Source: an uncultured bacterium (GTDB lineage: Bacteria; Desulfobacterota; Deferrimicrobia; Deferrimicrobiales; Deferrimicrobiaceae). Taken from it: a stretch of DNA of 64,000 nucleotides. The notes beneath the pieces were generated by a model that made no database searches, had not been told where the DNA came from, and saw nothing but the letters and a program-made list of their open reading frames with translations. The DNA lies in the NCBI GenBank assembly GCA_963741515.1, contig CAVUIA010000003.1, positions 1,221 through 65,220 on the forward strand, read 5' to 3'. This document shows, one piece after another, positions 1-9,635 of the stretch (positions are counted from its first letter, which is position 1; every line of letters begins with the position of its first letter). The position numbers and the translations under genes were made by a program.

Positions 1-1347
1 TGGCGCTCGTGCACGACAGGCTTCCGTTCGCGGCCTTCTGCGGGAGGGCTTGCCCTCATCCCTGCGAGCAGGAATGCGTGCGGAACGAGTACGGCGCGCC
101 GATCGCCATCATGGCGCTCGAAGAGGACCGCGGCGGACCTGGGATATGCCGCCGGCATCCTGCCGCATCCCGGGATCGGGGAGGCGGAGGGAACGCTTCG
201 GATGGCGGTCGTCGGCGCCGGACCGGCCGGGCTGGCCGCGGCCGACACGCTGGCCCGGTTGGGGTGCCGCGTCACCGTGTTCGATTCCAACGAGGAACCG
301 GGCGGGATGATGCGATACGGGGCCGCGGAGTTCCGGTTTCCCCTGGAAGCGCTGAAAGGGGACCTGGAGCGCATTTTCGCCAGGGGGGTTCTTTTCCGGG
401 GCGGCGTCGCGATCGGCCGGGACGTCCCGTTCTCCGAGCTGGAGCGGGAAGGGTTCGATGCCGTCCTGGTGGCGGCGGGGACGCCCGTGGCCCGCAGGCT
501 CCAGGGGAGCGGGACGGAGGAGCAGGGTTTTCTCGACGCCCGGTCGTTCCTGGAAAGCGTCCGGCGGGGGCGGCCGATCCGCGTGCCCGGCCGCGTCGTC
601 GTGATCGGCGGGGGAGACGTGGCCGTCGATGCCGCCCGGACCGCCTTGCGGCTCGGCGCGTCGGAAGCGACCGTCGCCTGCATCGAGTCGCGGGAGGAGA
701 TGCCGGCCCACCCGTGGGAAATCGAGGATGCGCTCGCCGAAGGGGTGAAGCTCCTTCCTTCGACCACGGTGAAACGGTTCCTGATGAGCGGCGGCCGGGT
801 TTCCGGGATCGAGGCGCTTCAGGTGGAGCGGTTCGACCGCGACGCCGAAGGGCGCATCGTTCCCCTCGCCCGCGCCGGGACGGAGTTCGATGTCCCGGCG
901 GAGTCCGTCGTGATGGCCGTCGGAAACCGCGAGAACCTGGGATTCCTTCCCCCGATATCGTCGCGGATTCCGGTGGACAGGCGGCGCCATGTCTTCCGGT
1001 TGCGTTTGCGGGATCGCGATAGTAACGTAAAAGTTTACCTGCTCGGGGACTGCGCCTCGGGTCCCGGCACGGTCGTGGAAGCGGCCGCTTCGGGGCGGGC
1101 GGCGGCGCTGAACATCTACTCCAGCCTGTGCGCGGAAGACGGCAAGACGACGCGGTGCAAGGACAATTACCGCAGGCGCCGCGAACCGCACGTGCCCGAC
1201 AGGCCCGAGTGGCGGGTCCGCCGAAAGGGCCCGCGGCTTTCCGTTGAAGAGCGCCTTGGGAACTTCGAAGAGATCGAAAAAGGATTCACGAGGGAATGCG
1301 CCCTCGAGGAGGCGGAACGTTGCGCGAGATGCAATCTCCACCTGTGA
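1..1347 (+). CDS. NADPH-dependent FAD/Fe-S oxidoreductase, GltD/SudA family (glutamate synthase small-subunit-like); 5' partial; apparent frame change near 115-140
   Basis: ORF-track frame 9..1022 opens with ...FCGRACPHPCEQECV (Cys-rich N-terminal Fe-S motif of GltD/SudA). Frame 202..1347 carries MAVVGAGPAGL (Rossmann FAD/NAD(P)), a second nucleotide-binding motif VVVIGGGDVAVD, and a C-terminal CARCNLHL. The two parts are in different frames and the gene runs off the window start. Confidence 0.75.
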   Translation, partial: WRSCTTGFRSRPSAGGLALIPASRNACGTSTARRSPSWRSKRTAADLGYAAGILPHPGIGEAEGTLRMAVVGAGPAGLAAADTLARLGCRVTVFDSNEEPGGMMRYGAAEFRFPLEALKGDLERIFARGVLFRGGVAIGRDVPFSELEREGFDAVLVAAGTPVARRLQGSGTEEQGFLDARSFLESVRRGRPIRVPGRVVVIGGGDVAVDAARTALRLGASEATVACIESREEMPAHPWEIEDALAEGVKLLPSTTVKRFLMSGGRVSGIEALQVERFDRDAEGRIVPLARAGTEFDVPAESVVMAVGNRENLGFLPPISSRIPVDRRRHVFRLRLRDRDSNVKVYLLGDCASGPGTVVEAAASGRAAALNIYSSLCAEDGKTTRCKDNYRRRREPHVPDRPEWRVRRKGPRLSVEERLGNFEEIEKGFTRECALEEAERCARCNLHL

Positions 1348-1373
1348 CGACCGGTAAAGACGACGCCTCGCCG

Positions 1374-2707
1374 ATGGACCGGGTGTGGCGGTTTTTCACG
1401 TCCGTCAAGCTCGCCGTTTTCACGCTGATCGTCCTCGCCGCCGCGTCGGTCCTGGGCACTCTCGTGGAGCAGAACCTGCCGCGGGAAAAATACCACGAGA
1501 TCTACGAGGACTGGGCGTTCGCCTTGATGGACCGGATCGACCTGTTCGACATGTACCACTCCTGGTGGTTCCTCGCGCTCCTGATGGTCTTCACGGTCAA
1601 CCTGGCCTGCTGCACGATAGACCGTTTTCCGAAGGCCTTGAGCGTGGTCAGGAACCCCCGCACGAAACTGGACGACGGCCTCGTCAAGACCTTGCCCCTG
1701 GTGGACCGTTGGAAGAAGAAAGGGGCCGCCGCGGAGTGCGCTCCGCAGTACGCCGAGGCGCTCACTTCCCTCTTCGCGAAACCGCTGGTCACCGAGGAGG
1801 GGGACGAGATCCACATGTACGCGGAGGCCGGCATGGCTTCCCGGTTCGGCGTCTATGTGACCCACCTCTCCATCATCGTCATCTTCCTCGGGGCGATCGT
1901 CGGGAACATCGCCGGATTCAAGGGCTTCGTCAACATCCGGGAGGGCGATTCGGTCTCCGCCGTCCAAGTCCGCGGCGGGAGCCGGACGCAGGATTTCGGG
2001 TTCGCCCTCCGGTGCAACAGTTTCCGGGTGGATACGTACCCCTCCGGGCAGCCGAAGGCCTACGTCTCCGACCTGAGCGTGATCGAGGGGGGCGGGAAGT
2101 CCTCCGCAAGAGGGATGTCGTGGTCAACGATCCGCTCCGGTACAAGGGGATCTGGTTCTACCAGGCGAGCTACGGGGAAGCGGGGGGAGCGGTGGCGCGG
2201 GTCGAGGTGGGCCGGGGCGGCGGATCGCCGCCGGAAATCCTCTCGCTTACCGCGGACCGCCCGGTCGACATCCCGGGGTACGGCACCGTCCGCGCGGTGG
2301 AATACCGCCAGGACTACCAAGGGACCGGTCCGGCGCTCCAGATGATCATCGAGGCGCCGGGGAAGCCTGCGGCGATCGTCTGGCTTCCCGAAGGGAAGCC
2401 GGGGCATGGCGGAGGGAGCGGCGGCAACCCGGTGTTCTCCTTCCATGGGCTGGCGCCGTGGATGTTCACCGGCCTCCAGGTCGCGAGGGATCCCGGGGTC
2501 AACATCGTCTGGCTCGGCTGCGCGCTGATGATCCTCGGGATCGTCATGGCCTTCTTCCTCTCCCACAGGCGTGTCTGGCTCCGGCTGTCGAAGGGGGCGG
2601 ACGGCCGGATGGAGGTCGTGCTCGCGGGCGCCGCCAACAGGAACCGGCTTGCCTTCGATAAGGCGTTCGAGAAAATCCGGGACGGAGTGAAGGGGGTGCG
2701 GGAATGA
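1374..2707 (+). CDS. resB: cytochrome c biogenesis protein ResB/Ccs1 (CcsB); apparent frame change near 2085-2105
   Basis: The N-terminus MDRVWRFFTSVKLAVFTLIVL... (ORF 1296..2345) and the C-terminus ...VVNDPLRYKGIWFYQASYG... (ORF 1385..2707) are hallmark ResB segments that sit in different frames. The switch falls at a run of six G (about 2087-2092). The start was chosen at the Met preceding the conserved first helix; alternative Met codons lie at 1296 and 1329. Confidence 0.8.
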
Positions 2708-3543
2708 GCAACGTCCTTCTGTTCAACATCACCACCGTCCTGTTCGGCGTCGCGTCCGTCCTCTTTCTCGGGGCCCTGTACGCGAGAAACGACCGGGTCG
2801 CCGTCTACGGCTCCTGGGCCTGCGTGCTGGCGGCGGTGACGGGCGCCGCCGCCCTCGGCGTGCGCTGGCAGGAGTCGTACCGGATGGGGATCGGCCGGAT
2901 CCCCGTCACCAACCTGTACGAGTCGCTGGTGTTCTTCGCCTGGTCGGTCGACCTGTTCTACCTGGCGGTCGAGCGGAAGTACGGAAGCCGGGCCCTGGGC
3001 GCCTTCGTCATGCCCATCGCGTTCTTCACGATGCTGTTCGCGGTCACCAACGACAGCACCATCCAGCCGCTGGTCCCGGCGCTCCAGTCCTACTGGCTCC
3101 ACGCGCACGTCATCACTTGCTTCGTCGGGTACGCGGCGTTCGCCGTCTCCGCCGGCGTGGCCGTCATGTACCTTCTCAAGGCCCGCCAGGAGGGGACGGA
3201 AGCGCCGGGAGGGATCGTGGCCCGGATGCCTGCCAGCCGGGTGCTCGACGATCTCGTCTACCGCGCGATCATCTGGGGATTCCCGTTCCTCACGGCGGGG
3301 ATCATCACGGGGGCGGCGTGGGCGAACTACGCCTGGGGGACGTACTGGTCCTGGGACCCCAAGGAGACCTGGTCGCTGATCGTCTGGCTGGTGTACGCCG
3401 TCTTCCTCCATGCGAGGATCACGAGGGGGTGGCAGGGGAAGCGCGCCGCCATCCTGTCCATCGTGGGATTCACGGCCACCCTGTTCTGCTACCTCGGCGT
3501 CAACCTTCTTCTCTCCGGCCTCCACTCCTATGGAGGAGGATGA
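2704..3543 (+). CDS. ccsA: cytochrome c-type biogenesis protein CcsA/ResC (heme-handling, WWD domain)
   Basis: A polytopic protein carrying WGTYWSWDPKETWSLI (WWD motif). Its start overlaps the resB stop (ATGA). Confidence 0.9.
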   Translation: MSNVLLFNITTVLFGVASVLFLGALYARNDRVAVYGSWACVLAAVTGAAALGVRWQESYRMGIGRIPVTNLYESLVFFAWSVDLFYLAVERKYGSRALGAFVMPIAFFTMLFAVTNDSTIQPLVPALQSYWLHAHVITCFVGYAAFAVSAGVAVMYLLKARQEGTEAPGGIVARMPASRVLDDLVYRAIIWGFPFLTAGIITGAAWANYAWGTYWSWDPKETWSLIVWLVYAVFLHARITRGWQGKRAAILSIVGFTATLFCYLGVNLLLSGLHSYGGG

Positions 3544-3568
3544 CGCGGAAGTTCCCGAGGGGGCATCG

Positions 3569-3709
3569 ATGAAGGGACGCGGGATCGCGTTTATCCTGAC
3601 GGCCGCCGCCGCCGCGGGGCTCCTGGCCTTCGGCATTCAACGGGGGGAGATCGTCGAGACGCTGAGAAACGCCGTGCTGATCTGCCTGTCGTGCATCGGG
3701 ATCGGGTGA
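3569..3709 (+). CDS. small hypothetical membrane protein (46 aa)
   Basis: ATG with a GAGGGGG Shine-Dalgarno about 5 nt upstream. Translation is MKGRGIAFILTAAAAAGLLAFGIQRGEIVETLRNAVLICLSCIGIG. It sits between ccsA and the polyferredoxin gene and is in a different frame from the downstream gene. Confidence 0.3.
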   Translation: MKGRGIAFILTAAAAAGLLAFGIQRGEIVETLRNAVLICLSCIGIG

Positions 3710-3713
3710 CCCC

Positions 3714-4565
3714 TTGGAATTCCTGAAGCGGCGGATCTTCCAGGGCATCGGCGCGGTCCTGCCCAACGCCTACGTGCAGGGGTTCCTGTCGGCCTCGCTG
3801 TACCAGGGGCCGCTGAAGGGCGCCTGCACCCCCCTGTTGAACTGCTACGCCTGCCCGTCGGCCCTGCTGTCCTGCCCCATCGGGACGATCCAGCATTTCG
3901 TGGCGGCCCGGACCGTCCCTTTCTACGCCATCGGGGCCCTGTCGGTCGTCGGGGCGTCGGTAGGGCGGATGACATGCGGCACCCTGTGCCCCTTCGGCGC
4001 CCTCCAGGACCTGCTGTACAAGTTCCGGTCCTGGAAATTCCCCATTCCCCGGCAGGCGCGGTTCTTCCGCTATGCCGCGCTGGCCGTCCTCGTGTTCGCG
4101 ATCCCTTTCCTCACGGGGGAGCACTGGTTCTCGAAGCTGTGCCCCGCCGGGACCCTCGCCGCGGGGATCCCGTGGGCCACGATGAACGCGGGCGTCCGCG
4201 CCATGATCGGGTCGCTGTTCTGGGTCAAGATCTCGATCCTCCTGTCCTTCGTCACCGTGTCCACGATGGCCAAGCGCCCTTTCTGCCGGGTCGCCTGCCC
4301 GCTGGGGGCGATCTTCTCCCTGTTCAACAGGACCAGCCTCCTGCAGCTCGCCTGGGACCCGGACACCTGCACCCGCTGCGGAAAATGCCAAAAGATCTGC
4401 CCCGTCGACATCCGGCCGGATCGGAATGCCGCGGATCCGGAATGCCTGCGGTGCCTCGACTGCACCCGCTGCCCGAGCCTGAAGGCGACGACGGTGTTCC
4501 ACGCGCGGCCGTTCGCGCCCGCGTTTCCGCGGGAGGAGAAAATGATCGGGGAAGGGGAAGCATAG
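3714..4565 (+). CDS. membrane-bound polyferredoxin, 4Fe-4S binding (NapH/MauN-like, COG0348 type)
   Basis: N-terminus MEFLKRRIFQ..., several transmembrane segments, and CxxC..CP and CTRCGKCQKICP / CLRCLDCTRCP ferredoxin motifs. Confidence 0.8.
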   Translation: MEFLKRRIFQGIGAVLPNAYVQGFLSASLYQGPLKGACTPLLNCYACPSALLSCPIGTIQHFVAARTVPFYAIGALSVVGASVGRMTCGTLCPFGALQDLLYKFRSWKFPIPRQARFFRYAALAVLVFAIPFLTGEHWFSKLCPAGTLAAGIPWATMNAGVRAMIGSLFWVKISILLSFVTVSTMAKRPFCRVACPLGAIFSLFNRTSLLQLAWDPDTCTRCGKCQKICPVDIRPDRNAADPECLRCLDCTRCPSLKATTVFHARPFAPAFPREEKMIGEGEA

Positions 4566-6422
4566 ATGGGGAAATGGGAACTCTCTCCCGGGCGGCAGAA
4601 CCTGATCGCGTTCGTTCTGCTGTTTCTCGTCACGGTGCCGATGCTCACCAAGATCTTCACGAGCGATTTCGGCACGCACATCGCGATCGGCCGGGAGATC
4701 GTCCAGAACCGCCACATCCCGACGAAGGAGCTGTGGAACTATCCGTCCCTCGGGATGGAGAGCGGCAGCGGTGGGGAATGGGGGTTCGCGGCGGTCCTTT
4801 ACCTGGTGCATTCGGCCGCCGGGGAATACGGCGTGTCGTTCATGATCTGGGCCATCGTGCTGGCGATCTACTTCCTGCTGTACCGCGCGACGGTCCTGCG
4901 GGGCGCGCATCCGCTGTTGACGATCCTGGCCATCTTCGCTTTTTCGGGGTTCCTGAGGATCCGGATCCAGCCCCGGCCGGAGATCTTCACCTACCTGTTC
5001 ATCGCCCTGACGATCTACCTTCTCAGCGAGTACTATTTCGGGACGCGGAAACGGGCGATCTACCTGTTTCCCCCGCTGATCCTGGTGTGGGCGAACTGCC
5101 ACCCGACGTACCTCATCGCGTTCGGGCTCTGCGGGGCGTTCTTCATCGATGCCCTGGCGCGGGCGGCGTGGGGTAAGGAGTTCCGCTGGGAGAAGCTGCG
5201 CGCCTGGGTCTTCCCCCCGGTGATCACCGGTTTCCTCGGGCTGGTCCTCTGCGGCCTGAATCCGCACGGCTACGGCTGGCTGCTCGCGCCGCTCCACATG
5301 ATCTCCCGGGGCCAGGGAACGGCCTCCAGCGGCATCCTGATGTCGATCTCCGAGCTGACCCCCGTCGTCGGCACCGGCATGTACGTTTACTACAAGGCCG
5401 CCGTGGCCTTCGCCGCGGTCTCGCTGATCCTGGGCTTCATCGGACACCGCGTCTACCTTCTCGATATCCTCCTGTTCCTCATCGCGTTCAAGGGCGCCTG
5501 GGGATCGGCGCGGGCGGTCTCCATGATGGGGCTTTTCCTTTCTTCCGGCGCGGCGGTCCAGTTGACGGGCTTCGTATCGACGATCAATGCCCGGCTGGAG
5601 GGCCGAAAGGCCGCGGAACCGAGGCAGGCCTCCAGGGGAAAAGGGAGGAAAGGGGAACCGCCGAAAGAGGCCGGCCGGCCCATCCCGACCGCCGACGCGG
5701 CCTCCGGCACCCGCTGGGCGCAGGGAGCCGTCCTGGGGAGCATCGTCCTGGCCGTGGCCCTGTTCGGGTTCACGACCCTCGCCTTCTCGATGAGGCAGCT
5801 CGAATACGGCATCGGGATCACGGAGCACAAGTTCTCGTTCCGGGCGGCGGAGTTCCTCCGCAGGAATCCCGTCCCGGGGCGGATGATCAACTTCTTCGAC
5901 ATCGGGGGATTCCTCGACTGGCAGCTGTATCCCCAGGCGCTGACCTTCATCGACGGAAGGACCTACAATCACGCCGTGTTCGAGGATCACCAGAAGATCA
6001 TGGCCGGCCTTCCGGGATGGGAAAGCATCGTCGGGAAGTACGGCGCCAACCATATCATCCTGAAGTCCATGGATTCCTCCGGCGCGATCCTCCCCATCGT
6101 CCCGATCCTGTCGAATCACCCGGGCTGGAGCCTGGTGTTCTCCGACGGCCTCTTCCTCGTCTTCGTGCGCGAAGAGGCCGGGACCAGGGAATACATCGGA
6201 CGCCACAGGATCAACAAGGGAGTCGTCCCGGGGCACATCATCCTGGAGGCCCAGCATTACCTGTTCCTCGGGGTGTCTCCCGCCCAGACCTATAACACGA
6301 TCGCCAACATGTTCCTGGTCCTGGGCCAGCGCGACAACGCCGTCGAGGCGCTCAGGAAAGGCGTCGAAGAAACCGGCAACCCGTTCCTGCGGAACCGGTT
6401 GATGCAGTTGATGCGGAAATGA
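4566..6422 (+). CDS. polytopic membrane protein, putative GT-C fold glycosyltransferase (ArnT/PMT-like)
   Basis: 618 aa with about 11 predicted TM helices. The first periplasmic loop is TSDFGTHIAIGREIV (Asp-containing loop as in ArnT/PMT_2) and there is a large C-terminal soluble domain. It sits directly upstream of three glycosyltransferase genes. Confidence 0.55.
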   Translation: MGKWELSPGRQNLIAFVLLFLVTVPMLTKIFTSDFGTHIAIGREIVQNRHIPTKELWNYPSLGMESGSGGEWGFAAVLYLVHSAAGEYGVSFMIWAIVLAIYFLLYRATVLRGAHPLLTILAIFAFSGFLRIRIQPRPEIFTYLFIALTIYLLSEYYFGTRKRAIYLFPPLILVWANCHPTYLIAFGLCGAFFIDALARAAWGKEFRWEKLRAWVFPPVITGFLGLVLCGLNPHGYGWLLAPLHMISRGQGTASSGILMSISELTPVVGTGMYVYYKAAVAFAAVSLILGFIGHRVYLLDILLFLIAFKGAWGSARAVSMMGLFLSSGAAVQLTGFVSTINARLEGRKAAEPRQASRGKGRKGEPPKEAGRPIPTADAASGTRWAQGAVLGSIVLAVALFGFTTLAFSMRQLEYGIGITEHKFSFRAAEFLRRNPVPGRMINFFDIGGFLDWQLYPQALTFIDGRTYNHAVFEDHQKIMAGLPGWESIVGKYGANHIILKSMDSSGAILPIVPILSNHPGWSLVFSDGLFLVFVREEAGTREYIGRHRINKGVVPGHIILEAQHYLFLGVSPAQTYNTIANMFLVLGQRDNAVEALRKGVEETGNPFLRNRLMQLMRK

Positions 6423-7564
6423 GGATTCTCCACCTCGGGAAATATTTCCCGCCGGAACCCGGCGGCATGGAAGTCGTCGTCAAGAGCTTCGCCGAGGCGA
6501 CGGCCGGTTCCCTGACGAACTACTGCCTCGTGGCGACCCGCACGGGGAAGACGCGCATCGAGACGTCCGGCGGCACGACCGTCCACTACCTGAAGCAGGC
6601 GGGCACGTTCCTCCTGGCCCCCGTATTGCCCGGCCTTCCAGGCGTCCTGCACGGGTTGAGGAAATCGAGGCGTTTTCCCGTCATCCTGCTCCACTATCCC
6701 AACCCGACGGCGACCCTCGCCCTGTTCCTGTCGCTCCTCGCGCGGCCGAAGCGGGAGAAGATCGTCGTCTGGAACCATGCGGACATCCTCCTCGAGGAGC
6801 GGTGGAAGCGTGCGTTGTACGCGTTGTTCCGGCCGATCGAGGAGTTCGTTTTCCGCCGGACCGACGCCTTCGTGGCGGCGACCCCGCACCATGTTTCCAC
6901 CTCGGACACGTTCCGGAGGTTTTCCGACCGCACGGCCATCATTCCTTACGCGATTCCGGATCCCTGGTTCGAGGTGGGGGAAGAGGAGGCGCGCGCCGCG
7001 TCGCGGGCGCGGGAGCGGCTGGGGGGGCCGTTCCTGCTGTTCGTGGGCCGGCTGGTCCCGTACAAGGGGCTTGCCACGCTGGTCCGCGCCGCCGACCGGA
7101 TCCGGTGCCGCGTAGCCATCGTCGGGACGGGTCCGCTGGAGGGGGAGTTGCGGAAAGAGATCGAAGCGCGCGGGTTGTCCGACCGGGTTTTCCTGCTCGG
7201 GGGAGTGGAAGACCTGCGTCCGTACTACCTGGGGTGCGAATTCTTCGTCCTTCCCTCCGTTTCGGGGCTGGAGGGGTTCGGGATCGTCCAGATCGAGGCG
7301 ATGGGGCTCGGGAAACCCGTGGTCAGCAGCGACCTGCCGAGCGGCGTGACCTATGTCAACATCCACGGGGAAACCGGGCTCGTGTTCCACGTCGGGGACG
7401 ATGCGGGGCTCGCGGAGGCCTGTAACCGCCTGCTCTCCGACGCGGAGCTCAAAGGGCGGCTCGGGGAGAACGCGCGGGAGAGGACCTTCAGGAAGTTCTC
7501 CTACACCGCGATGGCAGAGGCGGCGGTGCCGTTCTTCGCGCGCCTCAGCGGCCGGAGCGTGTAA
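6419..7564 (+). CDS. glycosyltransferase family 4 (GT-B, RfaG-like)
   Basis: MRILHLGKYFPPEPGG... and a C-terminal ...FFVLPS...EGFGIVQIEAMGLGKPVV motif set. ATGA overlap with the upstream gene. Confidence 0.85.
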   Translation: MRILHLGKYFPPEPGGMEVVVKSFAEATAGSLTNYCLVATRTGKTRIETSGGTTVHYLKQAGTFLLAPVLPGLPGVLHGLRKSRRFPVILLHYPNPTATLALFLSLLARPKREKIVVWNHADILLEERWKRALYALFRPIEEFVFRRTDAFVAATPHHVSTSDTFRRFSDRTAIIPYAIPDPWFEVGEEEARAASRARERLGGPFLLFVGRLVPYKGLATLVRAADRIRCRVAIVGTGPLEGELRKEIEARGLSDRVFLLGGVEDLRPYYLGCEFFVLPSVSGLEGFGIVQIEAMGLGKPVVSSDLPSGVTYVNIHGETGLVFHVGDDAGLAEACNRLLSDAELKGRLGENARERTFRKFSYTAMAEAAVPFFARLSGRSV

Positions 7565-8673
7565 TGGGAATCTACCTGGACGGCATGTTCTACCGCTGCT
7601 CGGGGGTCGGTCGAATCTACGAGAACCTCCTGGAGGCCTTATCGGCCTGGCCGGCCATCGGCGAGATCCACACCGTGGTTCCCGCCACGATGAAGGACCG
7701 GTTTCTCGTACAGTTCCGGCAGCCTTCCATCAAACCGGTGTTCGTCGGGTACGGGCCCATGAGCGTCGGGGATCTCTTCCGGAAATCGTCCATCCTTCGC
7801 CTGCTGGGGGATTCGGTCCGGCTGTTCTTCTTCCCGGGCCACAACGTTCCCCTGTCCATGCCGGGCAAATACATCGTCAGCGTCAACGACATCACCGTGT
7901 TCTCCGACCATTTCGCCCTTCCGTGGTACCGGAAGGCGGGTTTCCGCTGGCTGCTCGGCCGCGCCGTGCGGGGGGCGGAGGACGTCGTCACCATCTCCGC
8001 GACGGTGAGGCGGGACCTGGTCCGGGAGTTCGGCCTGCCCCTGGACGAGATCCAGGTGATCTACCCGTGGATCCGGGAGGAGTTCTTTCTTCCCCCTCCG
8101 GAAGAGGGGGCTCCCGTACCGGGGGAGTACATCCTCTACCTGGGGCTTCGCATCGCCCACAAGAACGTCGAGGGGATCCTCCGGGCGTTCGCGATTCTCG
8201 CGGACGATTTCCCGGCGCTGAAGCTCGTGATCGCCGGGGCCCGCTATTCCTCGCCCGACATGGTCGACCGATGGAAGGGGGACCCGCGCCTCAAGGGGAA
8301 GATCGTGGAGATGCCCGATCCGTCGGACGACGAGATCCGGCGATTGTTCGCAGGCGCGAAGGCGTTCGTGTTCCCTTCCTTCGCGGAAGGCTTCGGGCTG
8401 CCGCCGCTCGAGGCGATGGCCGCCGGCGTCCCGGTCGTCTGCTCCGACATCGCCGTCTTCCGGGAGGTGTACGGGTCGGCGGTACGGTACGTCGATCCGG
8501 CGAGCCCGGAATCGATAGCCCGCGGGGTCAGGGAGGTGCTCGGAAATCCGGACATGGCGAAGGCCCTTCGTGAAAAAGGGCTCGTCCGCGCGGCGTTGTA
8601 TCGCAGGGGAACGGCGATCAACAAATACATCGACCTGATCCAGGGCCACGCCTTCGGGGGCCCGTACCGATGA
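7564..8673 (+). CDS. glycosyltransferase family 4
   Basis: ...AFVFPSFAEGFGLPPLEAMAAGVPVVCSD (GT4 EX7E region). TAATG overlap with the previous gene. Confidence 0.85.
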   Translation: MGIYLDGMFYRCSGVGRIYENLLEALSAWPAIGEIHTVVPATMKDRFLVQFRQPSIKPVFVGYGPMSVGDLFRKSSILRLLGDSVRLFFFPGHNVPLSMPGKYIVSVNDITVFSDHFALPWYRKAGFRWLLGRAVRGAEDVVTISATVRRDLVREFGLPLDEIQVIYPWIREEFFLPPPEEGAPVPGEYILYLGLRIAHKNVEGILRAFAILADDFPALKLVIAGARYSSPDMVDRWKGDPRLKGKIVEMPDPSDDEIRRLFAGAKAFVFPSFAEGFGLPPLEAMAAGVPVVCSDIAVFREVYGSAVRYVDPASPESIARGVREVLGNPDMAKALREKGLVRAALYRRGTAINKYIDLIQGHAFGGPYR

Positions 8674-9635
8674 CGGAAGGATCGCAGCCTTCTCCCCCGG
8701 CACAGGGGAAAGAACTCCCTCTGGTGGTTGTCGTCATCTTGACGTGGAATGGCCGGGAAGACACCCTCGAATGCCTTCGATCGCTTGTCCCCGTCTGGAA
8801 TGACCGCGTGACGGGCCTTGTGGTCGACAACGGATCCTCCGACGGCACGGCGGAAGCCGTCCGCTCCCGGTTTCCCGGAGTGGAAGTGATCGAAACCGGG
8901 GAGAATCTCGGATACGCCGGGGGGAACAACGTCGGCATCCGCCATGCCTTGGACCGGGGAGCGGACTACGTGCTCCTGTTGAACAACGACACGGTTGCTG
9001 ACCCCCTGTTCCTCAAGGAAATGCTGGCCGTTGCCGGCGGTTCGGAACGGATCGGGTTCGTCAGCCCGAAAATATGTTTTCTCGATCCTCCGGATCTCCT
9101 ATGGTTTGCCGGGGCGAAGTTCTCCACATGGACCGGATATGGGCGAATGATCGGGTACCGGGAATACGACCGGGGGCAATACGATCGAACGACGGAAATC
9201 GATCGGCCCTGCGGGTGCGCCGTCCTTGTATCCCGGACCCTTTGCCGGGAAGTCGGGCTCATGGATGACCAGCTGTTCCTTTGCGGGGAAGAGGTGGAAT
9301 GGATGCTGCGGGCCCAAAAGCGCGGGTTCACGGCCTGCCTGGCTCCGAAAGCGAGGGTATGGCATAAAGTGTCCGCATCGAGCGGCGGAGAAAACCACCC
9401 GGATGCTTTCTATTACGGAGTCCGCAACACGATGCGCGCGCTGAACCGCCAGGCGCCTTGCCGGTTCGCCCCGGCAGGGTGGGCGAGGAACGGAATGGTC
9501 GCCGCGGTGTTCGCGCTGTCCCTTCTCCGCTCGAGCGTTTCCCTGAAGGAAGGAGCGGCTGCCATCTTTTCGGGGATCCGGGATTACCGCAGGGACCTCG
9601 GAGGCCCCAGGGGGAAAACCCTCAGATCAGCGTGA
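8670..9635 (+). CDS. glycosyltransferase family 2 (GT-A)
   Basis: LVVVVILTWNGREDTLECLRS...VDNGSSDGT...LLLNNDT (DXD-like region). Confidence 0.85.
   Translation: MTEGSQPSPPAQGKELPLVVVVILTWNGREDTLECLRSLVPVWNDRVTGLVVDNGSSDGTAEAVRSRFPGVEVIETGENLGYAGGNNVGIRHALDRGADYVLLLNNDTVADPLFLKEMLAVAGGSERIGFVSPKICFLDPPDLLWFAGAKFSTWTGYGRMIGYREYDRGQYDRTTEIDRPCGCAVLVSRTLCREVGLMDDQLFLCGEEVEWMLRAQKRGFTACLAPKARVWHKVSASSGGENHPDAFYYGVRNTMRALNRQAPCRFAPAGWARNGMVAAVFALSLLRSSVSLKEGAAAIFSGIRDYRRDLGGPRGKTLRSA

Noticed and set aside
3591-6257. Very long minus-strand ORFs antisense to real genes (this 888-aa ORF; also 109..1341, 2314..3636, 9584..10858, 22826..25258, 29163..31970, 35577..37010 and many plus-strand GC-frame ORFs).
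   Set aside because: Their translations are R/G/P/A-rich low-complexity strings with no domain signal. They are the usual stop-codon-poor alternative frames of a roughly 70% GC genome, and each overlaps a strongly supported gene.
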